From the NCBI GenBank assembly GCA_046049195.1, contig JBJOEQ010000035.1, positions 1 through 61,642 on the forward strand: a DNA stretch of 61,642 bases, written 5' to 3'. Each line of letters starts with the position of its first letter. The first letter of the stretch is position 1. This DNA comes from Actinomycetota bacterium (lineage in GTDB: Bacteria; Actinomycetota; Acidimicrobiia; Acidimicrobiales; Ilumatobacteraceae). Of the stretch, positions 36,534 to 46,315 are shown in pieces. The notes under the pieces are model-generated. The model did no database searches and was not told the origin of the DNA. It saw only the letters and a program-made list of their open reading frames with translations. The position numbers were made by a program, and so were the translations under genes.

Positions 36534-37780
36534 TATTTTCCTTCTTTCTCAATCGATTCGATAGCGCTTACTGCAGACCCATCCGCAAATGAAGTAACCA
36601 GTTGTTGCCCAACTGACAACTTTTTAATACTGCGCACCACTTCACCCTTGTCATTGCGGGTAATTGACCACCCACGGGCCATGGTATTGACTGGGTCAAG
36701 CAGTCGCACTCGGTCGGCGATCGCCTTCACCGTCATGGTTGCAACACCAAGCACTTCGCCTGGGCGGCGGAGCACTCGGTCTGCTTTAACGTCCAAATTG
36801 CTTAACGAGCGGGTGAGTGCGGTGGTCACTAGGTTCTTCACACCTATTGCTGTCTCGCTCAGATTGTGTTCTGCTGCTTGCAAGAGTTCGCTTGCATTGC
36901 TGGCGATGTCGGCCCAAGCCTGTTCGGTCGCTTGCACAAATTCTTGAACCACTTGGACAACACCTGCAGCGCAAGCAGTTGGTGTTTTAAATGCCTTATA
37001 CGCAACTTCGTCCGCGATGCTGAAGTCGACTTCGTGACCAATTCCCGTAAATACCGGTTTGGCACACTTGCCAATCGCACCCGAGATCTCTTCGGAGTCA
37101 AATGCCAATAGATCAACTTTTGATCCACCACCGCGCACCAGCATCACAATGTCGATGTCATCGCGACGTCCCATTCGCGTGATTGCATCCACAATTGTTG
37201 GCACCGCAGCATCGCCTTGCACCCGCACATCGTGCACAAAAATCTCAAATCCGATCTCCGAATTTTGAATTTCGTGCAATGCGTCTGCATGAGCCGCGCT
37301 ACCAACACTGGTAATCAGCGCAATGCGAAGTGGCACAACTGGCAATGCAACCCGACGGTTGGCGTCATAGAGGTCATTCTTCTTCAGTCGTTGCACAATC
37401 TCGTCGCGCTGGCCAGCCAGATCGCCGAGCGTAAAGCGTGGGTCAATATTGGATGCCTTAAAACTAAATGAGCCACGGTCGGCGTAGATGTCGCCAACAC
37501 CAAACAATCGCACCTTGATGCCATCAGCAAGAGTCAAGCGATGCTGATCGAGCAATGGCTTCATTTTCTTCAGACTGAATTCCCACACCGCCACATTGAG
37601 CGAGGCCTTCTTGTCACCAGTGCGTTCGACAATGTTGAAATAGGTGTGTTTGCCACGACCATTGAAACCTTCAATCTCTCCCTGCACCCATACACCTGCA
37701 CCAAAGGCGTTCTTCAGCACGTCATTGACCACGTCAATAAATTGGCTAACGGAAAGGGTTGAATCTTCTTCAGTCGGCAA
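36533..37780 (-). CDS. xseA: Exodeoxyribonuclease VII large subunit
   Basis: N-terminal OB fold SVSQFIDVVNDVLKNAFGAGVWVQGEIEGF, then RIALITSVGSAAHADAL and RGGGS. Confidence 0.9.
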   Translation of the reverse strand: MPTEEDSTLSVSQFIDVVNDVLKNAFGAGVWVQGEIEGFNGRGKHTYFNIVERTGDKKASLNVAVWEFSLKKMKPLLDQHRLTLADGIKVRLFGVGDIYADRGSFSFKASNIDPRFTLGDLAGQRDEIVQRLKKNDLYDANRRVALPVVPLRIALITSVGSAAHADALHEIQNSEIGFEIFVHDVRVQGDAAVPTIVDAITRMGRRDDIDIVMLVRGGGSKVDLLAFDSEEISGAIGKCAKPVFTGIGHEVDFSIADEVAYKAFKTPTACAAGVVQVVQEFVQATEQAWADIASNASELLQAAEHNLSETAIGVKNLVTTALTRSLSNLDVKADRVLRRPGEVLGVATMTVKAIADRVRLLDPVNTMARGWSITRNDKGEVVRSIKKLSVGQQLVTSFADGSAVSAIESIEKEGK

Positions 37781-39629
37781 AGTTGCCTCCAGCCCTCACC
37801 TGGGATGCATAAAACCCATTGAGCGCCATTAATTCGTCGTGCGTACCCTGCTCGGTCACTCGACCTTGGTCGAGCACCACAATGCGATCGGCATCTCGAA
37901 TAGTTGAAAGTCTGTGCGCAATCACAATCGATGTGCGATTATGCATCGCAGCCTCGAGTGCTTGTTGCACCAACACTTCGCTTTCGTTGTCGAGATGGCT
38001 CGTTGCTTCGTCAAGGATCATTACGGCTGGGTCTTTGAGCAGTAGGCGAGCAATGGCCAAGCGTTGCTTTTCGCCACCCGATAGGCGATAGCCACGCTCA
38101 CCCACCACGGTGTCGTAGGCGTCGGGCAGAGAATTAATAACGTCGTGAATCTGCGCTTGCTTGCAAGCGTTGATCATCTCGTCGCTTGTTGCATTTGGTC
38201 GTGCATACAACAAGTTTGATTTGATCGTTTCGTGAAACATGTGTGGGTCTTGAGATACCACACCTATGGCCGCGCGAAGTGAAACACCGGTGAGGTCGCG
38301 AACATCGTTGCCATCCAGGCGCACAGACCCGCTGGTCACGTCGTACATGCGAGCAATCAACATGGCAAGTGTGGTCTTGCCAGCGCCGCTTGTGCCCACG
38401 ATTGCCACGGTAGAGCCGGCGTCAACACGCAACGACACGTCCACCAATACGTCGGTGTCGGGGTCTGAACCTTGCATCACGCCAGCCAATTCGAGTGATG
38501 CAATCGACACACTTGCGCCTGGTGGGTACCGAAACGCCACGTGATCAAACTCGATGTTGCCAATCGGCTTGACAATGTCGATCGCGCGAGGGCGATCAGT
38601 TATCGCAACTGGCGCATCTAGCACTTCAAACACACGCTCAAAACTTACGAGTGCGGTCATCACTTCAAGTCGAGCATTGGTAAGGCCGGTGAGTGGCTGA
38701 TAAATGCGCTGTACAAATGCGGCCATGGCGACAAGAGTGCCGATGGTGATGCCGCCAGAGATGACCATAAAAGCACCCACACCATAAATAGCAACGGCAC
38801 CAAGTGCACCGACCAAACCGAGTGCCACAAAAAATACACGGCCATACATGGCGCCAGTAATACCGATGTCGCGCACACGCGACGCACGGCCACCAAAGGC
38901 GTCAACTTCTTCACGGTGTCGACCAAACAGCTTGACAAGCATTGCGCCAGAAACATTGAATCGCTCGGTCATCTGCGTATTCATCGACGCATTCAGTCCC
39001 ATTTGTTCACGCGAGATATCTTGCAGTCGCACACCCACCCGACGGGCGGGGATAATGAACACTGGCAACACCACAAGCGAGAGCACGGTGAGCCGCCACT
39101 CGAGCGCAAGCATCGCACCAAGTGTTGTTACCAACACAACGACGTTTGATACAACGCTGCCAAGTGTGCCAGTGACTGCAGTTTGTGCGCCAACCACATC
39201 ATTGTTGAGTCGACTAATCAGCGCGCCAGTTTGTGTGCGCGTAAAAAAGGCGATCGGCATATGTTGCACTTTGTCAAACAATGCAACACGCAAGTCGTAA
39301 ATCAAACCCTCACCAATGCGCGACGAATACCACCGCTGCACGATCGATAGAATTGCGTCGCCCATCGCGACGGCAACCAAAATGATGGTCAGAACGACAA
39401 TGCGTCGTTTGTCTCCAGCAGGAATTGCGGTGTCAACGATGGTGCGAAATAACAACGGGGGAACGAGTGCAATGGCTGCCGACACAAGAATCGAAATCAA
39501 GAATCCAACAATCGAACTTGAATATGGGCGAGCAAACACCACGACTCGGCGCATCGACGAACGGTTCACTTTCGTACCCGAAATCGCCGATTTATCACCG
39601 GGTATGAGGTGGTGTGGGCCCATTCGCAT
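37770..39629 (-). CDS. ABC exporter, fused permease/ATPase (MsbA/MdlB-like)
   Basis: Six-TM domain followed by Walker A GTSGAGKTTL, signature LSGGEKQR and Walker B MILDEATS. Confidence 0.88.
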   Translation of the reverse strand: MRMGPHHLIPGDKSAISGTKVNRSSMRRVVVFARPYSSSIVGFLISILVSAAIALVPPLLFRTIVDTAIPAGDKRRIVVLTIILVAVAMGDAILSIVQRWYSSRIGEGLIYDLRVALFDKVQHMPIAFFTRTQTGALISRLNNDVVGAQTAVTGTLGSVVSNVVVLVTTLGAMLALEWRLTVLSLVVLPVFIIPARRVGVRLQDISREQMGLNASMNTQMTERFNVSGAMLVKLFGRHREEVDAFGGRASRVRDIGITGAMYGRVFFVALGLVGALGAVAIYGVGAFMVISGGITIGTLVAMAAFVQRIYQPLTGLTNARLEVMTALVSFERVFEVLDAPVAITDRPRAIDIVKPIGNIEFDHVAFRYPPGASVSIASLELAGVMQGSDPDTDVLVDVSLRVDAGSTVAIVGTSGAGKTTLAMLIARMYDVTSGSVRLDGNDVRDLTGVSLRAAIGVVSQDPHMFHETIKSNLLYARPNATSDEMINACKQAQIHDVINSLPDAYDTVVGERGYRLSGGEKQRLAIARLLLKDPAVMILDEATSHLDNESEVLVQQALEAAMHNRTSIVIAHRLSTIRDADRIVVLDQGRVTEQGTHDELMALNGFYASQVRAGGNFAD

Positions 39630-39685
39630 GATGTCAGGCTAAGCCGACTCTGTTCCTTTCGCCGTGTGTTACTCGCCTCGTCTTC

Positions 39686-39691
39686 TAGGCT
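39686..39691 (+). promoter_or_regulatory. -10-like hexamer TAGGCT, 6 nt upstream of the ATG at 39698 (leaderless geometry)
   Basis: TANNNT read directly. No SD-like sequence between it and the start. Confidence 0.3.
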
Positions 39692-39697
39692 GAAGCA

Positions 39698-41224
39698 ATG
39701 AATTTTCGCTCAAAGGTGTTGCACAAGATCACTTTCGGCACGGTAGTTACTGCATTGCTTGCGCTTGCAGGCTGTGGCTCAAGTAGTACAACAAATTCAG
39801 ACTCAACTGACTCAGCGCCAACGACTAGTGCGGCTCCTTTTGTGCCAGCAAGTTTCGTCTGGAAAGCCTGCGACGATTCCGCATCAACCACTTCGGTGCA
39901 GTGCAGCACGCTCGATGTTCCTTACGACTACAACAATCCGAGCAGCGGCTCATTCGCGCTGTATGTCAAGTTGCGCCCAGCCACAAATCCATCACTTCGC
40001 ATCGGCTCAATGATGGTCAACCCGGGCGGTCCTGGCTTTGGTGGAAGTTCGATCGCCGATGATGCTGATTACTATTTCAGCAGCGACCTCACCGACCACT
40101 TCGACATCATTGCGTGGGACCCACGTGGGACGGGCAAGAGCACTCCGGCTGTTGATTGTGTCGACGACTACGACCAATACTTTGGTATCGACTCCCCACC
40201 AGATACGCCAGAAGAAAAACAAGCACTCATTGATGCTTCGCAAGCGTTCAATGACGAGTGCATGGCCAACTCGGGCGAGATTCTCCCCTATATATCAACG
40301 CAAGCAAGTGCAACTGACATGAACAGCATTCGACAAGCATTGGGCGAAGACAAGATTTCGTATTTCGGTTTTTCGTACGGCTCAGAACTCGGAGCGACAT
40401 GGGCCACCATGTTTCCGCAAACCGTGCGCGCAGCGGTGTTGGATGGAGCAGTTGACCCAAACGCAACTTCTGCCGAAGAAGGAATGGCGCAAGCCAAGGG
40501 CTTCGAAGGACAACTCGCTGCGTTTCTCGCTGCGTGCAGCAAAAACAAAGCATGTGAGTTTCATAACGGTGGCAAATCAGAGGCTGCGTTCGACGCACTG
40601 CTTCTCGATCTTGATGCCAAACCACTTGTGGTGAGCGCCGATCGCACGCCGGTTACCCAAGGTGTCGCATTCACTGCGGTTGCTCAAGCAATGTATTCCG
40701 ATTACTACTGGGCACAACTCGAAAATGCATTGGCCGGTGCAGAGCAGGGCGACGGTACTGGACTACTCATGTTGTACGACGATTACTATCAGCGCAAAAA
40801 TGACGGCAGTTACGGCAACGAGCTTGAAGCCTTTCTTGCAATCTCATGTTTGGATGATCCTGGCGCAACAAGCATCGAGCAAGTTGATGCTGCAGTACCT
40901 GCATTTATCGCTGCTGCTCCCCGACTTGGTGCCAACTTCGGATACGGATACTCGTGCGCGCTCTGGCCAGTGAAACCAGCAACGAAGGTTGACGCAAACG
41001 GCAAGGGTGCTGGCCCAATAATTGTGATTGGTACAACAGGTGATGCAGCAACACCGCTCGCGTCAACACGCAAGATGGCTGCGGCACTTGAACAGGGAAT
41101 CTTGTTAATTGTTGAAGCCAATCAACACACTGGGTACGGCATCAATGACTGCATCAATACTGCAGTTGATTCATATCTCATCGATCTGACCGTGCCAGTC
41201 AGCGAAACGACCTGCAAGGGCTAG
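39698..41224 (+). CDS. Secreted lipoprotein alpha/beta hydrolase, tripeptidyl-aminopeptidase (S33, TAP) type
   Basis: Lipobox LALAGCGSS, nucleophile elbow GFSYGSELG, and TAP-like C-terminal block IGTTGDAATP...NQHTGYG. Confidence 0.8.
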   Translation: MNFRSKVLHKITFGTVVTALLALAGCGSSSTTNSDSTDSAPTTSAAPFVPASFVWKACDDSASTTSVQCSTLDVPYDYNNPSSGSFALYVKLRPATNPSLRIGSMMVNPGGPGFGGSSIADDADYYFSSDLTDHFDIIAWDPRGTGKSTPAVDCVDDYDQYFGIDSPPDTPEEKQALIDASQAFNDECMANSGEILPYISTQASATDMNSIRQALGEDKISYFGFSYGSELGATWATMFPQTVRAAVLDGAVDPNATSAEEGMAQAKGFEGQLAAFLAACSKNKACEFHNGGKSEAAFDALLLDLDAKPLVVSADRTPVTQGVAFTAVAQAMYSDYYWAQLENALAGAEQGDGTGLLMLYDDYYQRKNDGSYGNELEAFLAISCLDDPGATSIEQVDAAVPAFIAAAPRLGANFGYGYSCALWPVKPATKVDANGKGAGPIIVIGTTGDAATPLASTRKMAAALEQGILLIVEANQHTGYGINDCINTAVDSYLIDLTVPVSETTCKG

Positions 41225-41272
41225 CAAATCAACTCACCTGTCGGATAGCCCGACGCGGGTAGAATTAGAGCA

Positions 41273-42880
41273 GTGACAGCATCTGGCCACGTAACTCTTG
41301 TTGATTGCACGCTGCGAGACGGCGGCTATTACAACGACTGGGACTATACAAACGACGTTATTGCTCATTACGTCGACTCGATGGTGCGCGCGGGTGTCGA
41401 TGTCATCGAGATGGGCTTTCGCCAGATCAAAGCCGACAGATACCTCGGCCCAACAGCGTGGACTACTGACGAGTTTCTCGATCAACTGAATATCCCCGCA
41501 TCCATCACCGTTGCGGTGATGATGAATGCAAAAGATGTGGTGTCATCGCCCGATGCACGCCTAACCATCCAAAAGATGTTTACTGCCAAGAGTAAGTCTC
41601 GTGTCGACATGGTCCGCTTCGCAGCAATACACAGCGAAGTTGAACCACTTGCACCAGCAGTAGTCGAGTTGCAACAACTCGGCTACAAAGTTGCTCTCAA
41701 CTTGATGCAGGTGTCTGACAGGTCGATGCAAGAAATCACTGCATTCGGTGCTCAGTGCAAAAAAATGAAAGTGGACGTTGCATACATTGCCGATTCGTTT
41801 GGTGGTCTGCGCCCGCACGAGATAGCACCGATCATGACTGCTCTCGCCGAAGGCTTTCAGGGTCCTGTTGGTTGTCACCTGCACGACAACATGACATACG
41901 CGCTTTCCAGCACACTTGCCGCTGTCGATGCCGGCGCAACATGGGTTGATTCAACGGTGCTCGGCATGGGTCGTGGGCCGGGCAATGTGCGCACCGAATA
42001 TCTCGCACCCGAACTCAAGCGTCTTGGTCGCAGCAACATCGATGTGGCTCCACTTGTCAACTTGGTGTCGCGCGACTTCACCGACTTGCAACGCAAGCAC
42101 GAGTGGGGCTCAAACCTCTACTACTTCTTGTCGGCAAACTACGGCGTGCATCCCACCTATGTAATGGAACTGACAAAAGATGGTCGCTACTCGCCATCAC
42201 AAATTGTTGGTGCCCTCGAGCACCTTAATGAGCACGGTGGCGCACAGTTTGATCTCAAGCGGTTAGTGGGCATCACGGCCGGTCGCACCGCCAACTACAC
42301 GGGTTCATTCGATGCAACCGATTGGTGTGTTGGCAAAGATGTGTTGATTATTGGTCCTGGCGACGAAGCTCGAACAAACAAAGAAAAACTCGAGGCTTTT
42401 ATCCGCAAACACAAGCCAACCGTCATTGGCTTGGGTGCATCATCGGCAGTTGACTCATCATTAATTGACGCAATCGCTGTCTGCCATCCCGAGCGTGCGG
42501 CACTAGAAGCAACAGCACTGAGCCAACTCACGCAACCCATCTTTGCTCCGGCGAAGTTGCTTGCCGCACTCGACATTAAGGTTGCACAACTTCGCGACGT
42601 AGGAATCATCACCACTGATGGCGCATTTACACTTGCTGGTAATCAGGTTGGATTACCCCGCCTCCTCTCTGCCGCGTACGCACTTGCAATTGCGGCACAG
42701 GGTGGCGCAAAACGCATCATGATCGCTGGCTTCGACGGATTCGCAACAGATGATCATCGCTTCAAAGAAATGGACGATGTATTTCAATCATTTACTCAGC
42801 TCATGGGTTCGCCACATGTTGTCTCAATCACGCGAACCCGCTACAACGTCGAGCGATCCTCGATGTCTGCTCCACTCTGA
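41273..42880 (+). CDS. DRE-TIM (HMGL/DmpG-like) pyruvate aldolase domain protein with a C-terminal extension of about 250 aa (possibly DUF115/MptE-Maf-like)
   Basis: N-terminal half: VDCTLRDGGY, VIEMGF, VGCHLHDNMTYALSSTLAAVDAGATWVDSTVLGMGRGPGN (metal-binding H-x-H and G.G.G.GN). C-terminal half: KDVLIIGPGDEA ... LLSAAYALAIAAQGGAKRIMIAGFDGF. Confidence 0.7.
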   Translation: MTASGHVTLVDCTLRDGGYYNDWDYTNDVIAHYVDSMVRAGVDVIEMGFRQIKADRYLGPTAWTTDEFLDQLNIPASITVAVMMNAKDVVSSPDARLTIQKMFTAKSKSRVDMVRFAAIHSEVEPLAPAVVELQQLGYKVALNLMQVSDRSMQEITAFGAQCKKMKVDVAYIADSFGGLRPHEIAPIMTALAEGFQGPVGCHLHDNMTYALSSTLAAVDAGATWVDSTVLGMGRGPGNVRTEYLAPELKRLGRSNIDVAPLVNLVSRDFTDLQRKHEWGSNLYYFLSANYGVHPTYVMELTKDGRYSPSQIVGALEHLNEHGGAQFDLKRLVGITAGRTANYTGSFDATDWCVGKDVLIIGPGDEARTNKEKLEAFIRKHKPTVIGLGASSAVDSSLIDAIAVCHPERAALEATALSQLTQPIFAPAKLLAALDIKVAQLRDVGIITTDGAFTLAGNQVGLPRLLSAAYALAIAAQGGAKRIMIAGFDGFATDDHRFKEMDDVFQSFTQLMGSPHVVSITRTRYNVERSSMSAPL

Positions 42881-42881
42881 C

Positions 42882-43628
42882 GTGTCTAACTCCACGAACG
42901 ATTTCCTCGTTGTAATTCCTGCGCGCTTTGCGTCTTCCCGATTTCCGGGCAAGGCACTCGCCGACCTCGGTGGCAAGGCTGTCGTGCAGCGTTGTTTTGA
43001 GCAGTGCCTCAAGGCTGTGCCCGCAGCACAAATAGTTGTTGCAACCGAAGACAAACGCATTGTCGACTTTTGTACAGCGCACGACATCAACGTGGTAATG
43101 ACAAGCGATCAATGTATTACAGGCACCGACCGAGTTGCCGAAGTAGCAACTCAACTAGACGCATCTTGGTACATCAACGTGCAGGGTGATGAACCATTTC
43201 TTGATCCTGCTGGTCTCACGCAAATGATCGCTGCAGCACAAACCGCAAACAGCGACACCCACGTCATTAACGCATTTAGCCCAATCACTTCAGAAGATGA
43301 TTTCCGTAGCGTCACCGTGCCAAAAGTGATCTGCTCTGTCGATGGTCGCCTCATGTATGCAAGCCGCGCAGCCATACCAACCACAAAGGCATTGCAATTT
43401 GTGCGAGCCAACCGTCAGATCGGTATGTATGCCTTTACTAGTCATGCACTCTCAATGTTTGCTCTGCAAGGCTCAAAGACCCCGCACGAAGAGCTCGAAG
43501 ACATTGAGATCCTCCGCTTTGTAGAGATGGGCATGACAGTGCGAATGATTCAGGTCGACTCAGTCGGCATTGCCATCGATACGCCAGAAGATTTAGAGCG
43601 GGCTAAACAGTTTTTACAAAGTCGCTAA
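42882..43628 (+). CDS. KdsB-like 3-deoxy-ulosonate cytidylyltransferase (CTP_transf_3 family)
   Basis: VVIPARFASSRFPGKALADLGGKAVVQRCFE compares with E. coli KdsB IIPARYASTRLPGKPL.DI.GKPMI. VQGDEPFLDP is also present. The GTG at 42882 lies 1 nt after the aldolase stop, and the ORF-track start at 42750 is inside the aldolase gene. Confidence 0.8.
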   Translation: MSNSTNDFLVVIPARFASSRFPGKALADLGGKAVVQRCFEQCLKAVPAAQIVVATEDKRIVDFCTAHDINVVMTSDQCITGTDRVAEVATQLDASWYINVQGDEPFLDPAGLTQMIAAAQTANSDTHVINAFSPITSEDDFRSVTVPKVICSVDGRLMYASRAAIPTTKALQFVRANRQIGMYAFTSHALSMFALQGSKTPHEELEDIEILRFVEMGMTVRMIQVDSVGIAIDTPEDLERAKQFLQSR

Positions 43629-44520
43629 ATCGCTTAACCCCATCAGCGAGTTGCACAAAGTCAGACATCTCGAGCAAGGCTCGCATTCGAGTCGTATCGG
43701 CAAATATTCCGTTCTGATCACCTGGTGTCGGGTCGGTCACTTCTACCGTTGTGCCCACAACATTGGCCTTCACTGCTTCCAAAACTTGAGCAATAGTCGT
43801 GCGCACACCCGTACCGATATTGATGGTGTTGCCCACCACGCCAGCAAACGTTGTTGCGCGAAACCACGCCTCCACCACATCATCGATATATATAAAGTCG
43901 CGAAAACGCTCAAGCGACCCTTTCACAACAATGTGTTTGTTTGTTAGCGCCTGAGCCAAATAGATACTGACCATTCCTTGTCGCAAATTGGTCATATCTT
44001 GTCCAGGGCCATACACATTAAACATGCGCAAACTCACACTTGATAGTTGCCTACTAAAAACAGTCAGATAGTTTTCTGCAGCCAATTTGCCGACTCCATA
44101 ACATGACAAAGGTGCAACATGTTCATCTTCGCCGATCGGCGCATCTGGCACATTGCCATACACCGACATCGAACTGGCATAAACAAACTTTGAGGTGTTT
44201 GCGCCAGTGCCGTACCTAATGAGATTCAAAGTCGAAATGGTATTCTTCTCAAGATCCGCAACAGGATCATCAAAGCTCATTTCTCCAGATGATTGTCCTG
44301 CGAGATGCAACACAAACTCTGCAGATTTGGGAAGCTTGGAGATGGTTTGAGTATCTGCCAAGTTGCCTTGAATAAAATCAATACTGGATGGAACATTGGA
44401 CTGTTTGCCGGATGACAAATCGTCAACACCGACAACCGTAAATCCCTCGGCAGCCATGCGTGCGGCAACTTGCGACCCTATAAACCCAGCGACTCCTGTG
44501 ACAACAACTGTTTTGCCCAC
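43603..44520 (-). CDS. NAD-dependent sugar epimerase/dehydratase (extended SDR)
   Basis: VVVTGVAGFIGS, YASSMSVYG and YGVGK (YxxxK). GTG at 44520 is preferred because the ORF-track ATG at 44592 overlaps the upstream ABC-F gene. The 3' end overlaps the convergent kdsB-like gene by 26 nt. Confidence 0.8.
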   Translation of the reverse strand: MGKTVVVTGVAGFIGSQVAARMAAEGFTVVGVDDLSSGKQSNVPSSIDFIQGNLADTQTISKLPKSAEFVLHLAGQSSGEMSFDDPVADLEKNTISTLNLIRYGTGANTSKFVYASSMSVYGNVPDAPIGEDEHVAPLSCYGVGKLAAENYLTVFSRQLSSVSLRMFNVYGPGQDMTNLRQGMVSIYLAQALTNKHIVVKGSLERFRDFIYIDDVVEAWFRATTFAGVVGNTINIGTGVRTTIAQVLEAVKANVVGTTVEVTDPTPGDQNGIFADTTRMRALLEMSDFVQLADGVKRFSDFVKTV

Positions 44521-44536
44521 GTAGTAAATGTAGTTG

Positions 44537-46153
44537 CTATGCCAGGCTGACCAAGTCGAGCCACTCGTTGCTGAAGTAATCCACTTGGCCATCGGGCATG
44601 AGCAAAACTTTTGTTGGTGCGAGTTGCTCCACGAATTCGGTGTCGTGACTCACCAAAATAATTGCGCCCTTCCATGCCGACAACGCATCAGCAACTGCTT
44701 GGCGGCTCGGTGGATCCAGGTTGTTTGTTGGTTCATCCAAAAACAACAAGTTGTTGCGCCCAACCATCAACATGGCGAGTGCGAGTTTGGTTTTTTCTCC
44801 ACCCGACAACGTGGCTGACTCTTGAAATACCTTTGTTCCAGACAAACCAAACATGCCGAGCATGCCGCGCAAGTCTGTTTCGGTAAGTCCGAGGCGCACC
44901 GGTGCATGCCTGCGCATGTGATCAATCAGTGATGCTTCAGGGTCAAGGTTGTCGTGTTCTTGAGCAAAATACCCGGTCGTTACTTGATACCCAAACTCAA
45001 CTTCACCACCGTCAGACTTGCTCTCGCCTGCGAGCATCCGCAACAATGTCGTCTTGCCCGCACCATTGAGACCAAGCACCAATAAGCGCTCGCCACGACC
45101 CAAGTCAAAACTGACGTCGTGAAAAATGTCCGGCCCACCGAAAGTCTTTCGCAATCCAGTAGCCGTGATCACTGTCTGTCCAGCAGTTGGTGGTTCAGGA
45201 AAACGCACCTTCAGTTTCTTGTCTTTTGTGGGACCTTCAACTTTGGTGTCTTCAATGCGTGCAATGCGCTTCTCAATGCTGTGCGCCATCGCAGCCTTAG
45301 ATGCCTTTGCACCAAATCGATCAACTACACCCTGCAACCGTGCCATTTCTTTTTCTTGCATCGACGCTTTCTTGGCTCGACGCGCCTCGTCGGCTGCACG
45401 AGATGACAAATACTGGGTGTACGTGCCGCGATATTCAACAATTGACCCAACTGATTCTTCTTGTGGTCTGTCTAGATGCAATACGCGCGTGATTGCTTCA
45501 TCCAGTAACTCAAGGTCGTGACTGATCACCAACAACGCTCCGCAATACTCGCGCAAAAAACCCAACAGCCACGTTTTTGCATCAATATCCAAGTGGTTGG
45601 TTGGCTCATCCAGCAACAACGTGTCGCTACCAGCAAACAAAATTCGCGCAAGTTCAACACGCCTGCGTTCGCCACCCGACAACACTCCAATAGATGCATC
45701 GAGTCGATCGGGCTTTAACCCCAGCCCAGCAGCGATCGAACGCGCCTCGCTCTCCGCCGCATAACCACCCTTTGATGAAAACTCGTCCTCTGCTTTTGAA
45801 AACTTTGCGATGTTCTGTGGCGTTGGTGACTCTTCCATCGACAAGCGCAATTTTTCGATGCGCACCAAGTCTTCATCGATATTGCGACCAGACAAAACAT
45901 GCGAGATAGCAGTATGAGATTCACGAGCGCCAGGAATCTTTGGGTCTTGGGGCAAATACCCAAACCCTCCCTTGCGCAATACTTTGCCGGCGTGCGGTAC
46001 TACTGCTCCACCGAGCACTTTGAACAACGTGGTCTTACCAGCGCCGTTGCGTCCCACCAGGCCTGCTTTGTCGCGGGGCATCACGGTGAAAGATGCATCC
46101 TCCACGACCATGCGTCCGCCAATTTCGACAGAGAGACCTTGGACTTGTAGCAC
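44537..46153 (-). CDS. ABC-F family ATPase (translation-factor type, no TM domain)
   Basis: Two NBDs: GRNGAGKTT/LSGGERRR/LLLDEPTNHLD and GLNGAGKTT/LSGGEKTK/LFLDEPTNNLD, with an inter-domain linker. Confidence 0.9.
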   Translation of the reverse strand: MLQVQGLSVEIGGRMVVEDASFTVMPRDKAGLVGRNGAGKTTLFKVLGGAVVPHAGKVLRKGGFGYLPQDPKIPGARESHTAISHVLSGRNIDEDLVRIEKLRLSMEESPTPQNIAKFSKAEDEFSSKGGYAAESEARSIAAGLGLKPDRLDASIGVLSGGERRRVELARILFAGSDTLLLDEPTNHLDIDAKTWLLGFLREYCGALLVISHDLELLDEAITRVLHLDRPQEESVGSIVEYRGTYTQYLSSRAADEARRAKKASMQEKEMARLQGVVDRFGAKASKAAMAHSIEKRIARIEDTKVEGPTKDKKLKVRFPEPPTAGQTVITATGLRKTFGGPDIFHDVSFDLGRGERLLVLGLNGAGKTTLLRMLAGESKSDGGEVEFGYQVTTGYFAQEHDNLDPEASLIDHMRRHAPVRLGLTETDLRGMLGMFGLSGTKVFQESATLSGGEKTKLALAMLMVGRNNLLFLDEPTNNLDPPSRQAVADALSAWKGAIILVSHDTEFVEQLAPTKVLLMPDGQVDYFSNEWLDLVSLA

Positions 46154-46205
46154 CCACTAAGAGTGTCAGAGGTATGGCCATCCAACAACCTGTAGCAAAG
46201 AAATA

Positions 46206-46295
46206 TGGCGGAAGGGGTGGGATTTGAACCCACGGTGGGCCTAAACCCACGACGGTGTTCGAGACCGTTCCATTCGTCCGCTCTGGCACCCTTCC
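46206..46295 (-). tRNA. tRNA-Ser (anticodon CGA)
   Basis: GGAAGGGTGCCAGAGCGGACGAATGGAACGGTCTCGAACACCGTCGTGGGTTTAGGCCCACCGTGGGTTCAAATCCCACCCCTTCCGCCA. Long extra arm, anticodon loop CTCGAAC, encoded CCA. Confidence 0.9.
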
Positions 46296-46315
46296 GTTTT
46301 GGAAGGCTATCGGCG

